A stretch of 64,000 nucleotides of DNA from an uncultured delta proteobacterium (GTDB lineage Bacteria > Desulfobacterota > BSN033 > UBA1163): NCBI GenBank assembly GCA_963827685.1, contig CAWHBU010000002.1:640001-704000 (forward strand). Direction: 5' to 3'. The notes below the pieces were generated by a model that had not been told where the DNA came from, made no database searches, and saw only the letters and a program-made list of their open reading frames with translations. Positions 41,389 through 51,142 of this stretch are shown here, piece by piece (the stretch's first letter is position 1; every line of letters starts with the position of its first letter). The position numbers were made by a program, and so were the translations under genes.

Positions 41389-44013
41389 ATGAGAAAAGAG
41401 GCACGTTTTTGGATGAAAATTTTTCTTTTTTGCCTGGCATTTGGAATTGTGAGTAGTCTAGGAATGAAAACAGGATTGAGGGCAGAACCCGGCCGAGAGT
41501 TTTTTGAAGGGTCTGTCGACCCTTCGACCCCCTGGCCCGAACAGGGCTTACCTGCGACCCGAGCGGCTCGCCTGAGCTCGCCGAAGTCTCAGGCCGAGGG
41601 GATCAGGGTTGATAAGGCGACTTCCATTTTTGATGTGGTAGCCCAGGCTTCACCCTCTCAGCCTTCAGCTCCGACTCCCACTCCATCTCAACCTCCGACG
41701 GCATCGCAGTCTCCGACCCCAAGTCCAGTTCAACCTGCGGAGGTCCCGACACCAAAACCTGTTCCTCCTCTTCAGCCTCAACCCTTACCTGCTCCTTCGC
41801 CGCCAACTCCGGTCGCTGTCCCCACTCCTCCCGGTCCACCGCCATCTCCAAGAAAACGCTTTGTGCCTCGACCGTCGACTTCGCCAACACCACAGCCTTC
41901 AACCTCAGCCACGCGGCCCCCCTCCGGTCCCATTCAGCCTCAGCCCTCTCTGCCAACCACAGGCCCAGGGACAGCTATAGCCGTAGCGCCTTCTACCTCT
42001 CAGGGGGCTCCGCCTTCTCCGCCGGCAACACAAGTTCCTCCTCAGGCAGGCTCGGGGGTGGTCTTCAATTTTGACAATGCCGATCTCTATGAGGTGATTC
42101 GGGTGATGTCAGAGATCATGAAAATTAATTATATTGTGGATCCTAAGGTTAGGGGAGCCGTCAATATCCATACATCAGGCCAAATTTCAGCCGGGGACGT
42201 CTTCCCCATCTTCCAATCGATTTTAAGATTGAACGGAGCCACAGCCGTCAGGAGAGACGGTGTTTATGAAATCGTTCCTTTGGGTGACGCAAAGAAGCTT
42301 CCCATTCCTCCCTCGGTTACTCGAGAGCAGAAAAAACCGCCATCCGACGAGAGATATACGATTCAAATCATTGTGCTGAAATATATTCCGGTGTCAGAGG
42401 TTTCAAAAATGATTAAACCCTTTCTCTCAGATGGGGCGGATATTGTGGAACACCCTCCCAATAACATCCTCATCATTGGCGACCTCGCCTCAAATGTGAA
42501 AAAATGCGTGGATATCATCAACCTGTTCGATGTCGATATTTTCGCCGACTTAAGAGTTAGAATCTATCCCATTCTCAATGCCGATGTGAATGAGGTCGCC
42601 AAGGAGATGGAGCGGATCTTTACTTCCTTCGAGGTTTCCACAAAATCGGGGAGAGGAGTTGGCATTACCTTCACACCCATCCTTCGAATCAACTCACTTT
42701 TGGTTGTAAGTTCCATTCCCAATATTTTTGAGAAGGTAGAGGGGTGGCTTAAGGAACTGGACAGAATACCAGGAGAAGGGTCGAAGTTAAGCGTCTTTGT
42801 TTACTATGTTCAGAATGCGAAGGCCAAAGACCTGGCTGACGTCCTGAAAGAAGTATTTGTAAAGGCGAAAGAAAAGAAGGGAGAAAAAGCGGCAGCACCT
42901 GCGGAAACAACTCCCAGGGGGGTGAAGCCAGCTCCAACTCCTACCGCTCCTGCGGCTCCTGGGAAGGAAGAGGCAGGGGGCATTCCAGAAGGAGAGATCG
43001 GAATTGTGGTTGATGAACCCACCAACTCGCTGATCATTAAAGCATTTCATAGGGATTATAGAGCGATCCTCGAGACGATTAAGAAGCTTGATATCTACCC
43101 AAAGCAGGTGCTAATTGAGGTCCTTTTAGCTGAAGTCACCCTCGATGAGGAAAACAAATTCGGCATCGAATGGGCCAAGCTCGTGTCGAGTCATTCAAGG
43201 GGAGAGGGTCAAGGGGCTGTATTTCAGAGCCAGCCACCTTCTCAAAGCACCACTGATACTTCTGGAAATACTTCTACGACCTTTCTTAATCCTTTCAATG
43301 CTACCCTTGTTAGCGCTGGCCTCCGGTACGCCATTGTGGAGTTCGGCGGGAGACTATCCGCAGCAATCGACTTGGCGGCGTCACAAGACCGACTGAAAGT
43401 AATTTCTTCACCCCACATCATTGCCTCGAACAATAAGGAGGCAAAAATTCAAGTCGGATCGTCCCAGCCCATTCTCACCAGTACTTATACAACGCCGGGA
43501 GTGACGAGTGCCACGGGTTCGGGCGTGGTCGAGGGAACAATTGAGTATAAAGATATCGGCATTATTCTCTCCCTGACGCCTCGCATCAGCGACGGAGGAC
43601 TAGTGAGTCTGGAGATCAACATTGAGGATAGCACCGTAAATACTTCCGCCATCCCCCTTGGCAATCTTACAAATGTCCCTGTTTTTGGAAAGAAGACTGC
43701 TAAGACCATTCTCTCAGTCATGGAGGGACAGACCATTATCCTCGGGGGATTGATTTCAGAGCAGAAGGAAAAGATAACATCGGGTATTCCTCTGTTGAGC
43801 AAAATTCCCTTAATAGGCGGTATCTTTGGGTTTCAGGACTACAAGAAGAAGAGGGATGAGTTGATCCTGCTAATGACCCCTCACATTATTAGCAATCAAT
43901 CTACATCCGATGCTGTCACAAGAGAGTTCAAGGACAAGGTGGAAAGCATGAAGAAGCAGTTGGAAGAAAAGGAGAAAAAAGAGAAAGAGAGAAAGGAGAA
44001 GAGAGAGAAATAA
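41389..44013 (+). CDS. gspD: Type II secretion secretin GspD with long Pro-rich N-terminal region
   Basis: FNFDNADL N0 domain, QVLIEVLLAEV, IEYKDIGI.L..TPRI, SGIPLLSKIPLIG..F. Confidence 0.93.
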   Translation: MRKEARFWMKIFLFCLAFGIVSSLGMKTGLRAEPGREFFEGSVDPSTPWPEQGLPATRAARLSSPKSQAEGIRVDKATSIFDVVAQASPSQPSAPTPTPSQPPTASQSPTPSPVQPAEVPTPKPVPPLQPQPLPAPSPPTPVAVPTPPGPPPSPRKRFVPRPSTSPTPQPSTSATRPPSGPIQPQPSLPTTGPGTAIAVAPSTSQGAPPSPPATQVPPQAGSGVVFNFDNADLYEVIRVMSEIMKINYIVDPKVRGAVNIHTSGQISAGDVFPIFQSILRLNGATAVRRDGVYEIVPLGDAKKLPIPPSVTREQKKPPSDERYTIQIIVLKYIPVSEVSKMIKPFLSDGADIVEHPPNNILIIGDLASNVKKCVDIINLFDVDIFADLRVRIYPILNADVNEVAKEMERIFTSFEVSTKSGRGVGITFTPILRINSLLVVSSIPNIFEKVEGWLKELDRIPGEGSKLSVFVYYVQNAKAKDLADVLKEVFVKAKEKKGEKAAAPAETTPRGVKPAPTPTAPAAPGKEEAGGIPEGEIGIVVDEPTNSLIIKAFHRDYRAILETIKKLDIYPKQVLIEVLLAEVTLDEENKFGIEWAKLVSSHSRGEGQGAVFQSQPPSQSTTDTSGNTSTTFLNPFNATLVSAGLRYAIVEFGGRLSAAIDLAASQDRLKVISSPHIIASNNKEAKIQVGSSQPILTSTYTTPGVTSATGSGVVEGTIEYKDIGIILSLTPRISDGGLVSLEINIEDSTVNTSAIPLGNLTNVPVFGKKTAKTILSVMEGQTIILGGLISEQKEKITSGIPLLSKIPLIGGIFGFQDYKKKRDELILLMTPHIISNQSTSDAVTREFKDKVESMKKQLEEKEKKEKERKEKREK

Positions 44014-44110
44014 AGCCAATCTTTGTTGATCCTGCAGGGCTGTTGGTTTGATATTCGTTTAGATTCCAAGTTGTAAAGGTTCCGTATTGACAGCCTCAGA
44101 TCGCTGCCTT

Positions 44111-44404
44111 CTAAAAAGATGATGATGTAACCGTCATAATGGTACATTCTTCACCATCTATAATAATCTTGTCCGAGTCACACACGTAACTTTTACTGAG
44201 GAGAATGCGTGACGAGGGATTGATTGTGCAATCGGGGATGTTGAGGCTTCCTAAAGGTCTTGATCCTCGATAGAAAACAATATTGTGGGTGTCCTCCGCA
44301 AACCAATCAGTGAAACCGACCAGGCTCACGCAGTCTGCCAAGGCCAGCTTTGGAGAGAGTAAAAACATTGCAAAGCTTAGTAGAACAACTATCTTGTTTC
44401 CCAT
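44111..44404 (-). CDS. Small secreted protein with four Cys
   Basis: Signal peptide ending ALA-DC; GGAGG RBS. Confidence 0.65.
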   Translation of the reverse strand: MGNKIVVLLSFAMFLLSPKLALADCVSLVGFTDWFAEDTHNIVFYRGSRPLGSLNIPDCTINPSSRILLSKSYVCDSDKIIIDGEECTIMTVTSSSF

Positions 44405-44539
44405 TTTTTTACCTCCGACTTATCCCTCTTCCACGTCCGCCTCTTTGCTTCATCGTATACTAATTGACTGCCCAATTTTTAAATCTATTAGATGAGTGCG
44501 TTAATGTCAATCAAAATTTGAAGATGGTAGGACTGACCA

Positions 44540-44568
44540 TTGACGAAAATATAACAGGCTTGTATAGT
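44540..44568 (+). promoter_or_regulatory. Sigma70 promoter of tRNA-Arg
   Basis: TTGACG-17-TATAGT, 10 nt before the tRNA. Confidence 0.75.
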
Positions 44569-44578
44569 TACAGACAAT

Positions 44579-44652
44579 GCCCCTGTAGCTCAGGTGGATA
44601 GAGCAACGGATTCCTAATCCGTGTGCCGCGTGTTCGAGTCACGCCAGGGGCG
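44579..44652 (+). tRNA. tRNA-Arg (anticodon CCT), CCA not encoded
   Basis: Acceptor stem GCCCCTG/CAGGGGC, anticodon arm ACGGA-TTCCTAA-TCCGT, T-loop GTTCGAGTC. Confidence 0.95.
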
Positions 44653-44835
44653 CTCACTCTATCAAAGTTTTGCTGGCATCATCCACTTTTACTAATTCCG
44701 AGTTTAGCTTTTTGTCCCCCAGCTGTCCCCCGATTTCAGAGAAAGGTATAAATTAAAGCGCCAATTCGACAGGAATTTAAATCTTAGAGACAGTCTAAGA
44801 ATAATGTCGCTCTGCGGACACGGAGGCTCGAATCT

Positions 44836-45069
44836 ATGGACCTAAAGACAACTCTCCAGCGGATGAAGGAGCTTCTCAAACTCATGGACGAATACCTGGC
44901 CAGCCGAGGCTTGGAGAAAACGATTCCCCCACCCCGGTATGTCACATTCGACCGGTCGGTTGCGTCGCTCCTCCAGGGATGGGTCCCCCTCCCCTCCAAG
45001 ATGTTCCAGCTGGCTCAAAAAATTTTAGCCTTACCAGATTTCTTCGGCTCAAAATACCCTGGAATGTAA
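44836..45069 (+). CDS. Small hypothetical protein
   Basis: ORF with GGAGG upstream; no recognised motif. Confidence 0.35.
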   Translation: MDLKTTLQRMKELLKLMDEYLASRGLEKTIPPPRYVTFDRSVASLLQGWVPLPSKMFQLAQKILALPDFFGSKYPGM

Positions 45070-45310
45070 GAGTTAGGAGATATGCTTCGAATATGGGTGT
45101 GGGGGGGGACGGCAAGACCCATCATTGGTATTGTTATTTTACCCTTTTGAGGGGTTAAAAAGGGAACGATGGACACCTATAGGGACACCCGGTTTTAGAC
45201 CATCGAAGCTGCGATGACTCGCACATACTTCCCAAATTGTCGGCATTTTAAAACTTACACTCGGTCCCTCAAGAGTGAATCAGGGGAACCCGTGCAGAAA
45301 CCTTCCCTGC

Positions 45311-46147
45311 CTAATTAAGTCTTCCGGCAAGCATTTCCTGGGCCAGATTAAATGCCCTTGCCTTAACAAAATAGCCGTCGCCAAACCAAACAGACTCAAG
45401 ACGCTTTTCCGGCATCCGTCCGGTCTCACGCTGATCAATAAATTCAGTAACGCCATTATATGCAGCCCATAACGTGCCTTTTGCTCTTCCAGTCGTGTTA
45501 CCTTTGCCAGCTTCAAAAAAATAACTGGCCCAAAGTCGGTTCTCCCGGCATCGTTGCAGAGAGTTTTGAAAACGAGGGCTGTCATGGTCTCCCCCATCCC
45601 GAGGTTCAGGAAAGACTGCTGTCAGATATTTAACCAATTCGGGTCTATCGATGCTTTTTTTCACCATGGCTTGAAAATTATCCGCCAGTTCGTCAAATCG
45701 CCGATTTACGATTCCCAACAGTTGCTCAGCCTGCCGCAAACGTTCCTTAAGATTCGAAAAGTGCGCTACCCTAACGGTCGGTCCCCGACTCAATGCCATA
45801 GTTAGCGTATTTTGGCACACGACCCGAATCGGAGTGAATTTGATCTGGACACTGCTTTTCCCATCGTGACTGTTGCTGAGTAAAAGAAACTTTTCGGCGA
45901 TGTCATCATCGACAACCTCTATTCCCTCCGGCATTTTGGCAAGAATCCAAATCCGCTCACCTTTTCCGAGAGCTCCGGCTGTGTGATATATAGCAGCTCC
46001 CTTCCCCACAATATCGTCGAAGAATTTAAAGGCTTCGGTGTTCTGTAGCGGCGTATAGCCACTTCCAACGATGCCAAATACAGGACAATCCGCCTTGTCC
46101 TGTTTGTCCCCTCGGACAATGGCGTAATTGTCTTTCATGGGTAACAA
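45311..46147 (-). CDS. DUF932/DUF945 phage/plasmid protein, probably 5'-truncated
   Basis: YTPLQN.EAF.FFD, TAGAL..G.RIWIL, LSNSHDG, TPIRVVCQNTL, GTLWAAYNGVTE; the usual N-terminal WH.LG segment is not seen. Confidence 0.8.
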   Translation of the reverse strand: MLPMKDNYAIVRGDKQDKADCPVFGIVGSGYTPLQNTEAFKFFDDIVGKGAAIYHTAGALGKGERIWILAKMPEGIEVVDDDIAEKFLLLSNSHDGKSSVQIKFTPIRVVCQNTLTMALSRGPTVRVAHFSNLKERLRQAEQLLGIVNRRFDELADNFQAMVKKSIDRPELVKYLTAVFPEPRDGGDHDSPRFQNSLQRCRENRLWASYFFEAGKGNTTGRAKGTLWAAYNGVTEFIDQRETGRMPEKRLESVWFGDGYFVKARAFNLAQEMLAGRLN

Positions 46148-46278
46148 TCGTTTACCTTGGTCCCTTTCTTGAAGAATGGAATGATTAGCAGAATCAAGCT
46201 AATAACAACGAAAGTAAGACTAAGGACACCGTATAGTTTCTTCATATATGGCTAACGTCGAGGATTACGAGTTGAAAG

Positions 46279-46335
46279 AGATAACGCGGCCATCAGCGAG
46301 AGCCCCTGGCAATCGGCTGCACGGCGTTGTTCGTC
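46279..46335 (-). other. attC site (57 bp) after the PLD-nuclease gene
   Basis: Minus strand GACGAAC-AAC-GCCGTGCAGCCGA...TCGCTGATGGC-CGC-GTTATCT. Confidence 0.7.
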
Positions 46336-46342
46336 GTTCCTA

Positions 46343-47548
46343 TCAGTAGAAGATTGCATCAAGGAATGCTGCACGTCGCCTCCAAATAGCAGCTTGTTCC
46401 TCGTCAGTCGGTTGGTTTGAGTTGAACCAAGGAGACGAATGGATCAGTTTAATCAGTTGCAGATATCCTTCTACCCCCTCAAATCGGTTTTGTGGGACAT
46501 CGAGGGTTCGGGACAGATTCTGCCTAACAGAGACGGCTGCAACGGTACAGTAAAGGTCAGGGCGAACAAGACAGAGAAGGCGGCCCCAGACCTTCATAGT
46601 AGGCCCCAACGAAATTAGGCGATCAAGATGAGATGTCAGTTGTAACCACGGAATAGGGGGATTAAGCTCAGCCACAGCGTTTATGGCCTGAACTATATTT
46701 CCCCACTGCTTAGGCGTTCCATTTGCCAAGAGTTTACGAAACTGACCAGACGCGGCGACGTCCCCGAGCCAGCCATAGTGCTTGATACCACCGATAATCC
46801 GCCGCTTCTCGATGTCCTGAAAGTATTGGGTCGTCCATGGTATTGGGATCTCTCGCGACGCAGCATCAAGCACGTCGTGGTAGCCTTGGCCATTCCGTTC
46901 ACGCTGCTTCAACCCCGCAAGCACTTTCTGGTAATAGATGTCCCAATCCGCATGTTCGAGCCAGCTGGCGCTGGAAATTTCTTCCTCAGCTCCTGGCGGT
47001 GTGTGTATTCCATGCTTCCGTTGGTTCTGTAAGATAGCTTGGTAACGCTTACGGTAACCATTGAGCCACGGTTTTGTGGGTTTAAAGGAGAACTCCGGTG
47101 TGTGCCACTTGGCAAGAGTCTCCCTTAGCGAAACTATATCTTGGGGCGTCTCTGCGGATGAATTTTCTTCGATAAAGCAGTTGATTTCCCAGTTCGTGTA
47201 GAATCCTCCATAGGTCAGATTGGAGCTGCCAATGAAGAGGGCATAGCGGTGCTGGTCACGAAAGAGGTAGACTTTCGGATGAAACAGACCAGCATCGTCC
47301 TTGAAAATGCGAATATCGACACCGATATCGAGAAACCATTCAATGGCGTCCGGGTGTGTATGGTCGAAAGCGATGCCTACAGTCGCCTTAACGGTCCCGC
47401 TAAAACCTTCAAGAAATTTGTATGGGAGCGTCTGTTTTGGATTCCCGCACCAGGCTACTGCAATCGTCAATTCCTTGTATTCTCGGCAACATCGGGCAAA
47501 CTCTTTAGCTAAGGAGTTTGCTGAGTCGAGGACGCATGATTTAGGCAT
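46343..47548 (-). CDS. Phospholipase D-family (NgoFVII/BfiI-like) nuclease, putative defence protein
   Basis: FHPKVYLF..ALFIGSSNLTYGG..N.E single HKD domain followed by an unknown C-terminal domain. Confidence 0.75.
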   Translation of the reverse strand: MPKSCVLDSANSLAKEFARCCREYKELTIAVAWCGNPKQTLPYKFLEGFSGTVKATVGIAFDHTHPDAIEWFLDIGVDIRIFKDDAGLFHPKVYLFRDQHRYALFIGSSNLTYGGFYTNWEINCFIEENSSAETPQDIVSLRETLAKWHTPEFSFKPTKPWLNGYRKRYQAILQNQRKHGIHTPPGAEEEISSASWLEHADWDIYYQKVLAGLKQRERNGQGYHDVLDAASREIPIPWTTQYFQDIEKRRIIGGIKHYGWLGDVAASGQFRKLLANGTPKQWGNIVQAINAVAELNPPIPWLQLTSHLDRLISLGPTMKVWGRLLCLVRPDLYCTVAAVSVRQNLSRTLDVPQNRFEGVEGYLQLIKLIHSSPWFNSNQPTDEEQAAIWRRRAAFLDAIFY

Positions 47549-47581
47549 ATCATTCTTCCTCCGACGCTCTATTAGTATACG

Positions 47582-47653
47582 GAATACTTATTTGTCCTGA
47601 ATTTCGACTTCTACCATATCACAACCGATAGAGAGGTTCAACCGTAAGTATTT
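47582..47653 (-). promoter_or_regulatory. Repeat A copy 1: promoter/attI-like platform
   Basis: TTGAAC-17-TATGGT; homologous to 52171-52244. Confidence 0.65.
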
Positions 47654-47706
47654 CAGGGGTGTACTAAATCAGGAATGGGGTGTCAATGGGAATTGAGAGG
47701 GGGGAC

Positions 47707-47768
47707 CTTAATTGGATTGGAGAGATGAAGATATTTGGAGAGAGCTTAAATTGAGGAGTTTGCTTACA
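47707..47768 (-). repeat. Repeat B copy 1 (module start GTAAGCA-N6-TCAA)
   Basis: Homologous to 49703-49764. Confidence 0.75.
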
Positions 47769-47803
47769 AGTCACCGCTGACAACCATGTCGAGTAGATGA
47801 AAA

Positions 47804-48325
47804 CTATGGGTTGAAAGCGATGATATCTGGCTCAGACTTATTGACGCAATTCCAGACTCGAATTCCTTCCATTTCGGCAGCTTTTGCTAACCGTCCATCA
47901 CCCGTAATTAAGATTGGCTTAGAGTCGCTTTCAAATCTGGAGAAGTAATTTTTTTTTACTGAAACAATCTGAAATGCGTCTGAAACATCAATCGACTTAT
48001 CGTATTTTTTTATGAGATTTTCTACTTCGGTAAAAACCATCCTGTCTTTGATTTCTATGTCCTCTATTTCAATCATGTCACCCGCTGCCCAGGCTAAAAG
48101 CTGGTCACATGCGTAAAAATATTCTTCGTCAGATATTACTTTTTGATTGAAGTACTTTACTTTTAGCACTCCGAGAGCTTCCGCAAAACACAAGCTCGTC
48201 ATACAATAAAAATTTGACTCTTGCTCTTTGTTGAAATATGCCCTGAGAGTATCGCTTCCCTTTTCATCTATAAAGAGCTTCACGATTGCTGACGCATCCA
48301 AATAATGAATTCGAATCAGTTCCAT
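47804..48325 (-). CDS. PIN-domain (VapC-like) ribonuclease
   Basis: YLDASAIVKLF..E.GS, E.LGVL, DVSDAFQI, LITGD.RLA.AA..EG. Confidence 0.85.
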   Translation of the reverse strand: MELIRIHYLDASAIVKLFIDEKGSDTLRAYFNKEQESNFYCMTSLCFAEALGVLKVKYFNQKVISDEEYFYACDQLLAWAAGDMIEIEDIEIKDRMVFTEVENLIKKYDKSIDVSDAFQIVSVKKNYFSRFESDSKPILITGDGRLAKAAEMEGIRVWNCVNKSEPDIIAFNP

Positions 48326-48438
48326 AGGTGGCCTGCCGCTCTTCAGGTAGTGAATCGTTGGCTAAGGAATTGCGAAGAGCTAAAGAAGAGAGCAGATTCG
48401 CCGCTCACTACTTCAACCGTTCCCATTTTCGACCTGTC

Positions 48439-48840
48439 TTAAACCGCCTTTTCCTTATCAGCCCCATGCCCAAGATGTTTTGAAAGTGGCTCTTTGCATT
48501 CATGTACTACTCTCCCGGTTTCGGGGTCCGTAACGACTTCATGGTAAAGGTCGTTTTTGCGGTCAATGATGCGGCGGAGATTCATCCATTTACCCCACTC
48601 CCGATAAAGGTCATCACCGGAAACCTGCTCGATGAATGGCTTTCCGCCTCCGGAGTGGCGGCCTTTCGTGCCAAGTTTCTCCCTGAACGTACCCGTATCG
48701 AGAATTGTCACATGATGAATGCTCCGTGTCACCGACCCACACGAAGGGCAGGGATTAGTTTCTTCTACCGGGCAACTCGTGTTTTCTTCGAGTGCAAGGC
48801 CACAATTACCACAGAAAACAGAAGGATAATGTGCTGGCAT
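48439..48840 (-). CDS. Zn-ribbon hypothetical protein
   Basis: CGNCG..CPSCGS, C-terminal HECKEPLSKHLGHG; ATG at 48840 with GAGG RBS. Confidence 0.65.
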   Translation of the reverse strand: MPAHYPSVFCGNCGLALEENTSCPVEETNPCPSCGSVTRSIHHVTILDTGTFREKLGTKGRHSGGGKPFIEQVSGDDLYREWGKWMNLRRIIDRKNDLYHEVVTDPETGRVVHECKEPLSKHLGHGADKEKAV

Positions 48841-48879
48841 TATTGTTCCTCGGACGCTACCATTTTCAAACTGATTCTT

Positions 48880-48942
48880 TGTGGCTGTAATATACACTTT
48901 TCCCGAGTTTTTGGGAAGCGAAAGTTTTAGGAAGAACTCAAT
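48880..48942 (-). repeat. Repeat C copy 1 (TG-TATATT promoter block)
   Basis: Homologous to 49618-49680 and 50705-50767; each copy is directly upstream of a gene. Confidence 0.75.
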
Positions 48943-48959
48943 ATCCCATCCCTGACTTA

Positions 48960-49026
48960 AGAGGACCGCCAAAGAGGATCGGAGGAGGACTGGAGTGGTT
49001 GCCTCTAAATTCCAGCCTTAAACATT
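48960..49026. repeat. Repeat D copy 1
   Basis: 62/67 identical to 50862-50928 by manual alignment. Confidence 0.85.
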
Positions 49027-49100
49027 GAGTCGAATTGGGCAATAGCAATTTTTTGGAGTTTGAGGGGGATACCTACAATGATTCGGCAGCCCCTCTTTTT

Positions 49101-49616
49101 TCAGGGCTTCCGTTCTTTCTCAGGTAGCTTGCGGTAATCCCAAATGTCAATAACCGTGTTGATTTCGAGGAGAAGCACCATTATTCCTGGAACCACCCAC
49201 GACACCCCCGGAGTCCTCTGGAGTTCCTCGCTCTTGCCAATATAAAAGCAGATAAAGAAGAATAGCGCATAGAAAGCAAACACAAAAAGGGCGGAAATGA
49301 TGTTCAGGAGCCATGTTTCATCGGGATACGCCTTTTGATAGTCAATCCCCCAGAATCCGGCAATGGCTCCAGCGGATAGGAGGGCAAGGATCTCGAGGAC
49401 CGCGCGGTAGTCTCCGTTTGGAATCGCAGGACCATTTGCGAGGCGCTGAAATCCTAAAAAAGCAACCCCGTTGGCGATGAGAGACAGACCAAGGCAAATC
49501 CAGAAGCTCCAGTCCCGAAATTGATATTTCCTTGGGAGGTAAACGCTCCTGAGAAAAAGCGTTGACACCCAAGAGAGGAACAGGCCGATTATGGCAAATA
49601 TCATTCCGTTGTCCAT
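49101..49616 (-). CDS. Membrane protein, ~5 TM helices
   Basis: Hydrophobic segments; ATG 49616 lies 10 nt after the repeat C -10 box. Confidence 0.65.
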   Translation of the reverse strand: MDNGMIFAIIGLFLSWVSTLFLRSVYLPRKYQFRDWSFWICLGLSLIANGVAFLGFQRLANGPAIPNGDYRAVLEILALLSAGAIAGFWGIDYQKAYPDETWLLNIISALFVFAFYALFFFICFYIGKSEELQRTPGVSWVVPGIMVLLLEINTVIDIWDYRKLPEKERKP

Positions 49617-49617
49617 T

Positions 49618-49764
49618 TGTGGTTGTAATATACACCTTTTTCTAAAATTAGGGAATAGAAAGTTTCGGGAAGGACTCAATTTGTGTCGAGATTAGAAGAG
49701 GGCTTAATCGGATGGGAGAGATGAGGATATCACGAGAGCGCCTAAGTTGAGGAGCTTACCTACA
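49618..49764 (-). repeat. Module leader: repeat B copy 2 (GTAGGTA-N6-TCAA) + repeat C copy 2
   Basis: Manual alignment with 47707-47768 and 48880-48942. Confidence 0.75.
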
Positions 49765-49813
49765 CCTGCTCAGCTCGACATGGGACACGGAGTTGAAAAT
49801 TACTGAACCCTAT

Positions 49814-50647
49814 TTATGGGAGTGAGATACCCAAGAATGTCAGAGCCTGTTTTAGCGTTTCATATGCCGGTTTCATACTTGCTACAGTTTGGATAGAAAT
49901 CCCGATCGCAGACAGCATGCTTCGTAGTTTTGTAATATTTGGGTTCGGCCTCTTCAATTCTTCGCGGCCTTCGTCAACAAGTTCAATGATTTCTCCTTTG
50001 GGATGTGGCATCGTCACATCTAAACGGGATAACTCCACGCCGATTTCTTCGAGTACTTTAATCAGTTGTTCACGAACTTGGGTGTCGATACTCTGAGTTA
50101 CATTAGCAATTGAACTATCACCCGTCTGAATAGCTCCGACTGGAGAATAAATATTGAAAACTGTTGAAGCCGCCTCCTTTTTCTTCATTTCGACTTTCTT
50201 CTTTAAAGAATGCACGAACAGATCTATTTCCGTGCCAACTTTGGCTAAGGCAGCTCTCCTGGCGGAGTCAAGCTGGGGTTGAAACTGCGTAAACAAATCC
50301 GTTCCCCTGATAAGTTGCGCAGTTTCTCGTACCAGGTCATTTAAGGTTCCCATGGGCAAATGACGGTCTACCACCACTTTCAAGTCGCCCGCAAGGTTAT
50401 CATAATAGGATAACCCAGCTGTACTAAGAAACCGAAACAATGTTTGCCACACAAGCTGAGCCCTGATTTTAATAGCGACAGCACATAAATCAGCTACACG
50501 GTTGACGACCACACTTGAATACAGCATGTCTCGGGCACCCATCTCTGCCTTTATTCGCTCGACCTCTTTATGCAAGTTTTCATATTGCTCATTGATTTCG
50601 AGCTGTATCCTCTCTTGAGCAATCTTTAGAACTTGTTCGTCTAACAT
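49814..50647 (-). CDS. Hypothetical helical protein
   Basis: 277-aa ORF with AAGGAG RBS; VGAIQTGDSS..NV linker and helical C-terminal domain. Confidence 0.7.
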   Translation of the reverse strand: MLDEQVLKIAQERIQLEINEQYENLHKEVERIKAEMGARDMLYSSVVVNRVADLCAVAIKIRAQLVWQTLFRFLSTAGLSYYDNLAGDLKVVVDRHLPMGTLNDLVRETAQLIRGTDLFTQFQPQLDSARRAALAKVGTEIDLFVHSLKKKVEMKKKEAASTVFNIYSPVGAIQTGDSSIANVTQSIDTQVREQLIKVLEEIGVELSRLDVTMPHPKGEIIELVDEGREELKRPNPNITKLRSMLSAIGISIQTVASMKPAYETLKQALTFLGISLP

Positions 50648-50704
50648 ATCATACTCCTTTTTTACGTCGATGCCTAAGGATAATAGAACCGTCAGTCATC
50701 AATT

Positions 50705-51002
50705 ACAGATTGCAATATACATCTTTTTCAAACTTTTAGGAAGTGAACGTTTCAGGCAGAGCCAAATTCCCCCCCCATCCCTGGCTATTAATCAAGTATT
50801 TTAATAGGCGTCAAGCCGTGTACACGCCAAAAACGGTCTATGGGGGTAGCTGGTCAGGACGAGAGGACCACCAAAGAGGATCGAAGGAGGACTGGAGTGG
50901 TTGCCTCTAAATTCCGGCAGTAAACATTTAGAGGGGGATGGGGGGAAGAAAGACGCCAAATTTGCCAATCGGAGCTTCATAGACTTTGTCGGTCACACCT
51001 AC
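50705..51002 (-). repeat. Module leader: GTAGGTG-N6-ACAA + repeat D copy 2 + repeat C copy 3
   Basis: Core 50986-51002; D 50862-50928; C 50705-50767. Confidence 0.7.
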
Positions 51003-51055
51003 GACTTATTATTGGGGGCTATATTCAAGAATCGAGGGTTAGGGGTTGAAAGTGA

Positions 51056-51139
51056 GCATAACGCTCGCAATAACCTGCCGGCAAGAGACGGACACGAAGC
51101 GGCCAGCTATCGACGGTCAGTTTGATTGCGCTGTTGGCA
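51056..51139 (-). other. attC site (84 bp)
   Basis: Minus strand TGCCAAC-A-GCGCAATCAAACTGACCG...CGGCAGGTTATTGCGAGC-GTTATGC. Confidence 0.85.
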
Positions 51140-51142
51140 ACC

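Noticed and set aside
162-44147. Numerous antisense and alternate-frame ORFs in the track
   Set aside because: They overlap well-supported genes and show no motifs; treated as shadow ORFs
48841-48972. N-terminal ORF extensions (also 49617-49679 and 53406-53423)
   Set aside because: They run through promoter or repeat blocks; downstream ATGs fit better
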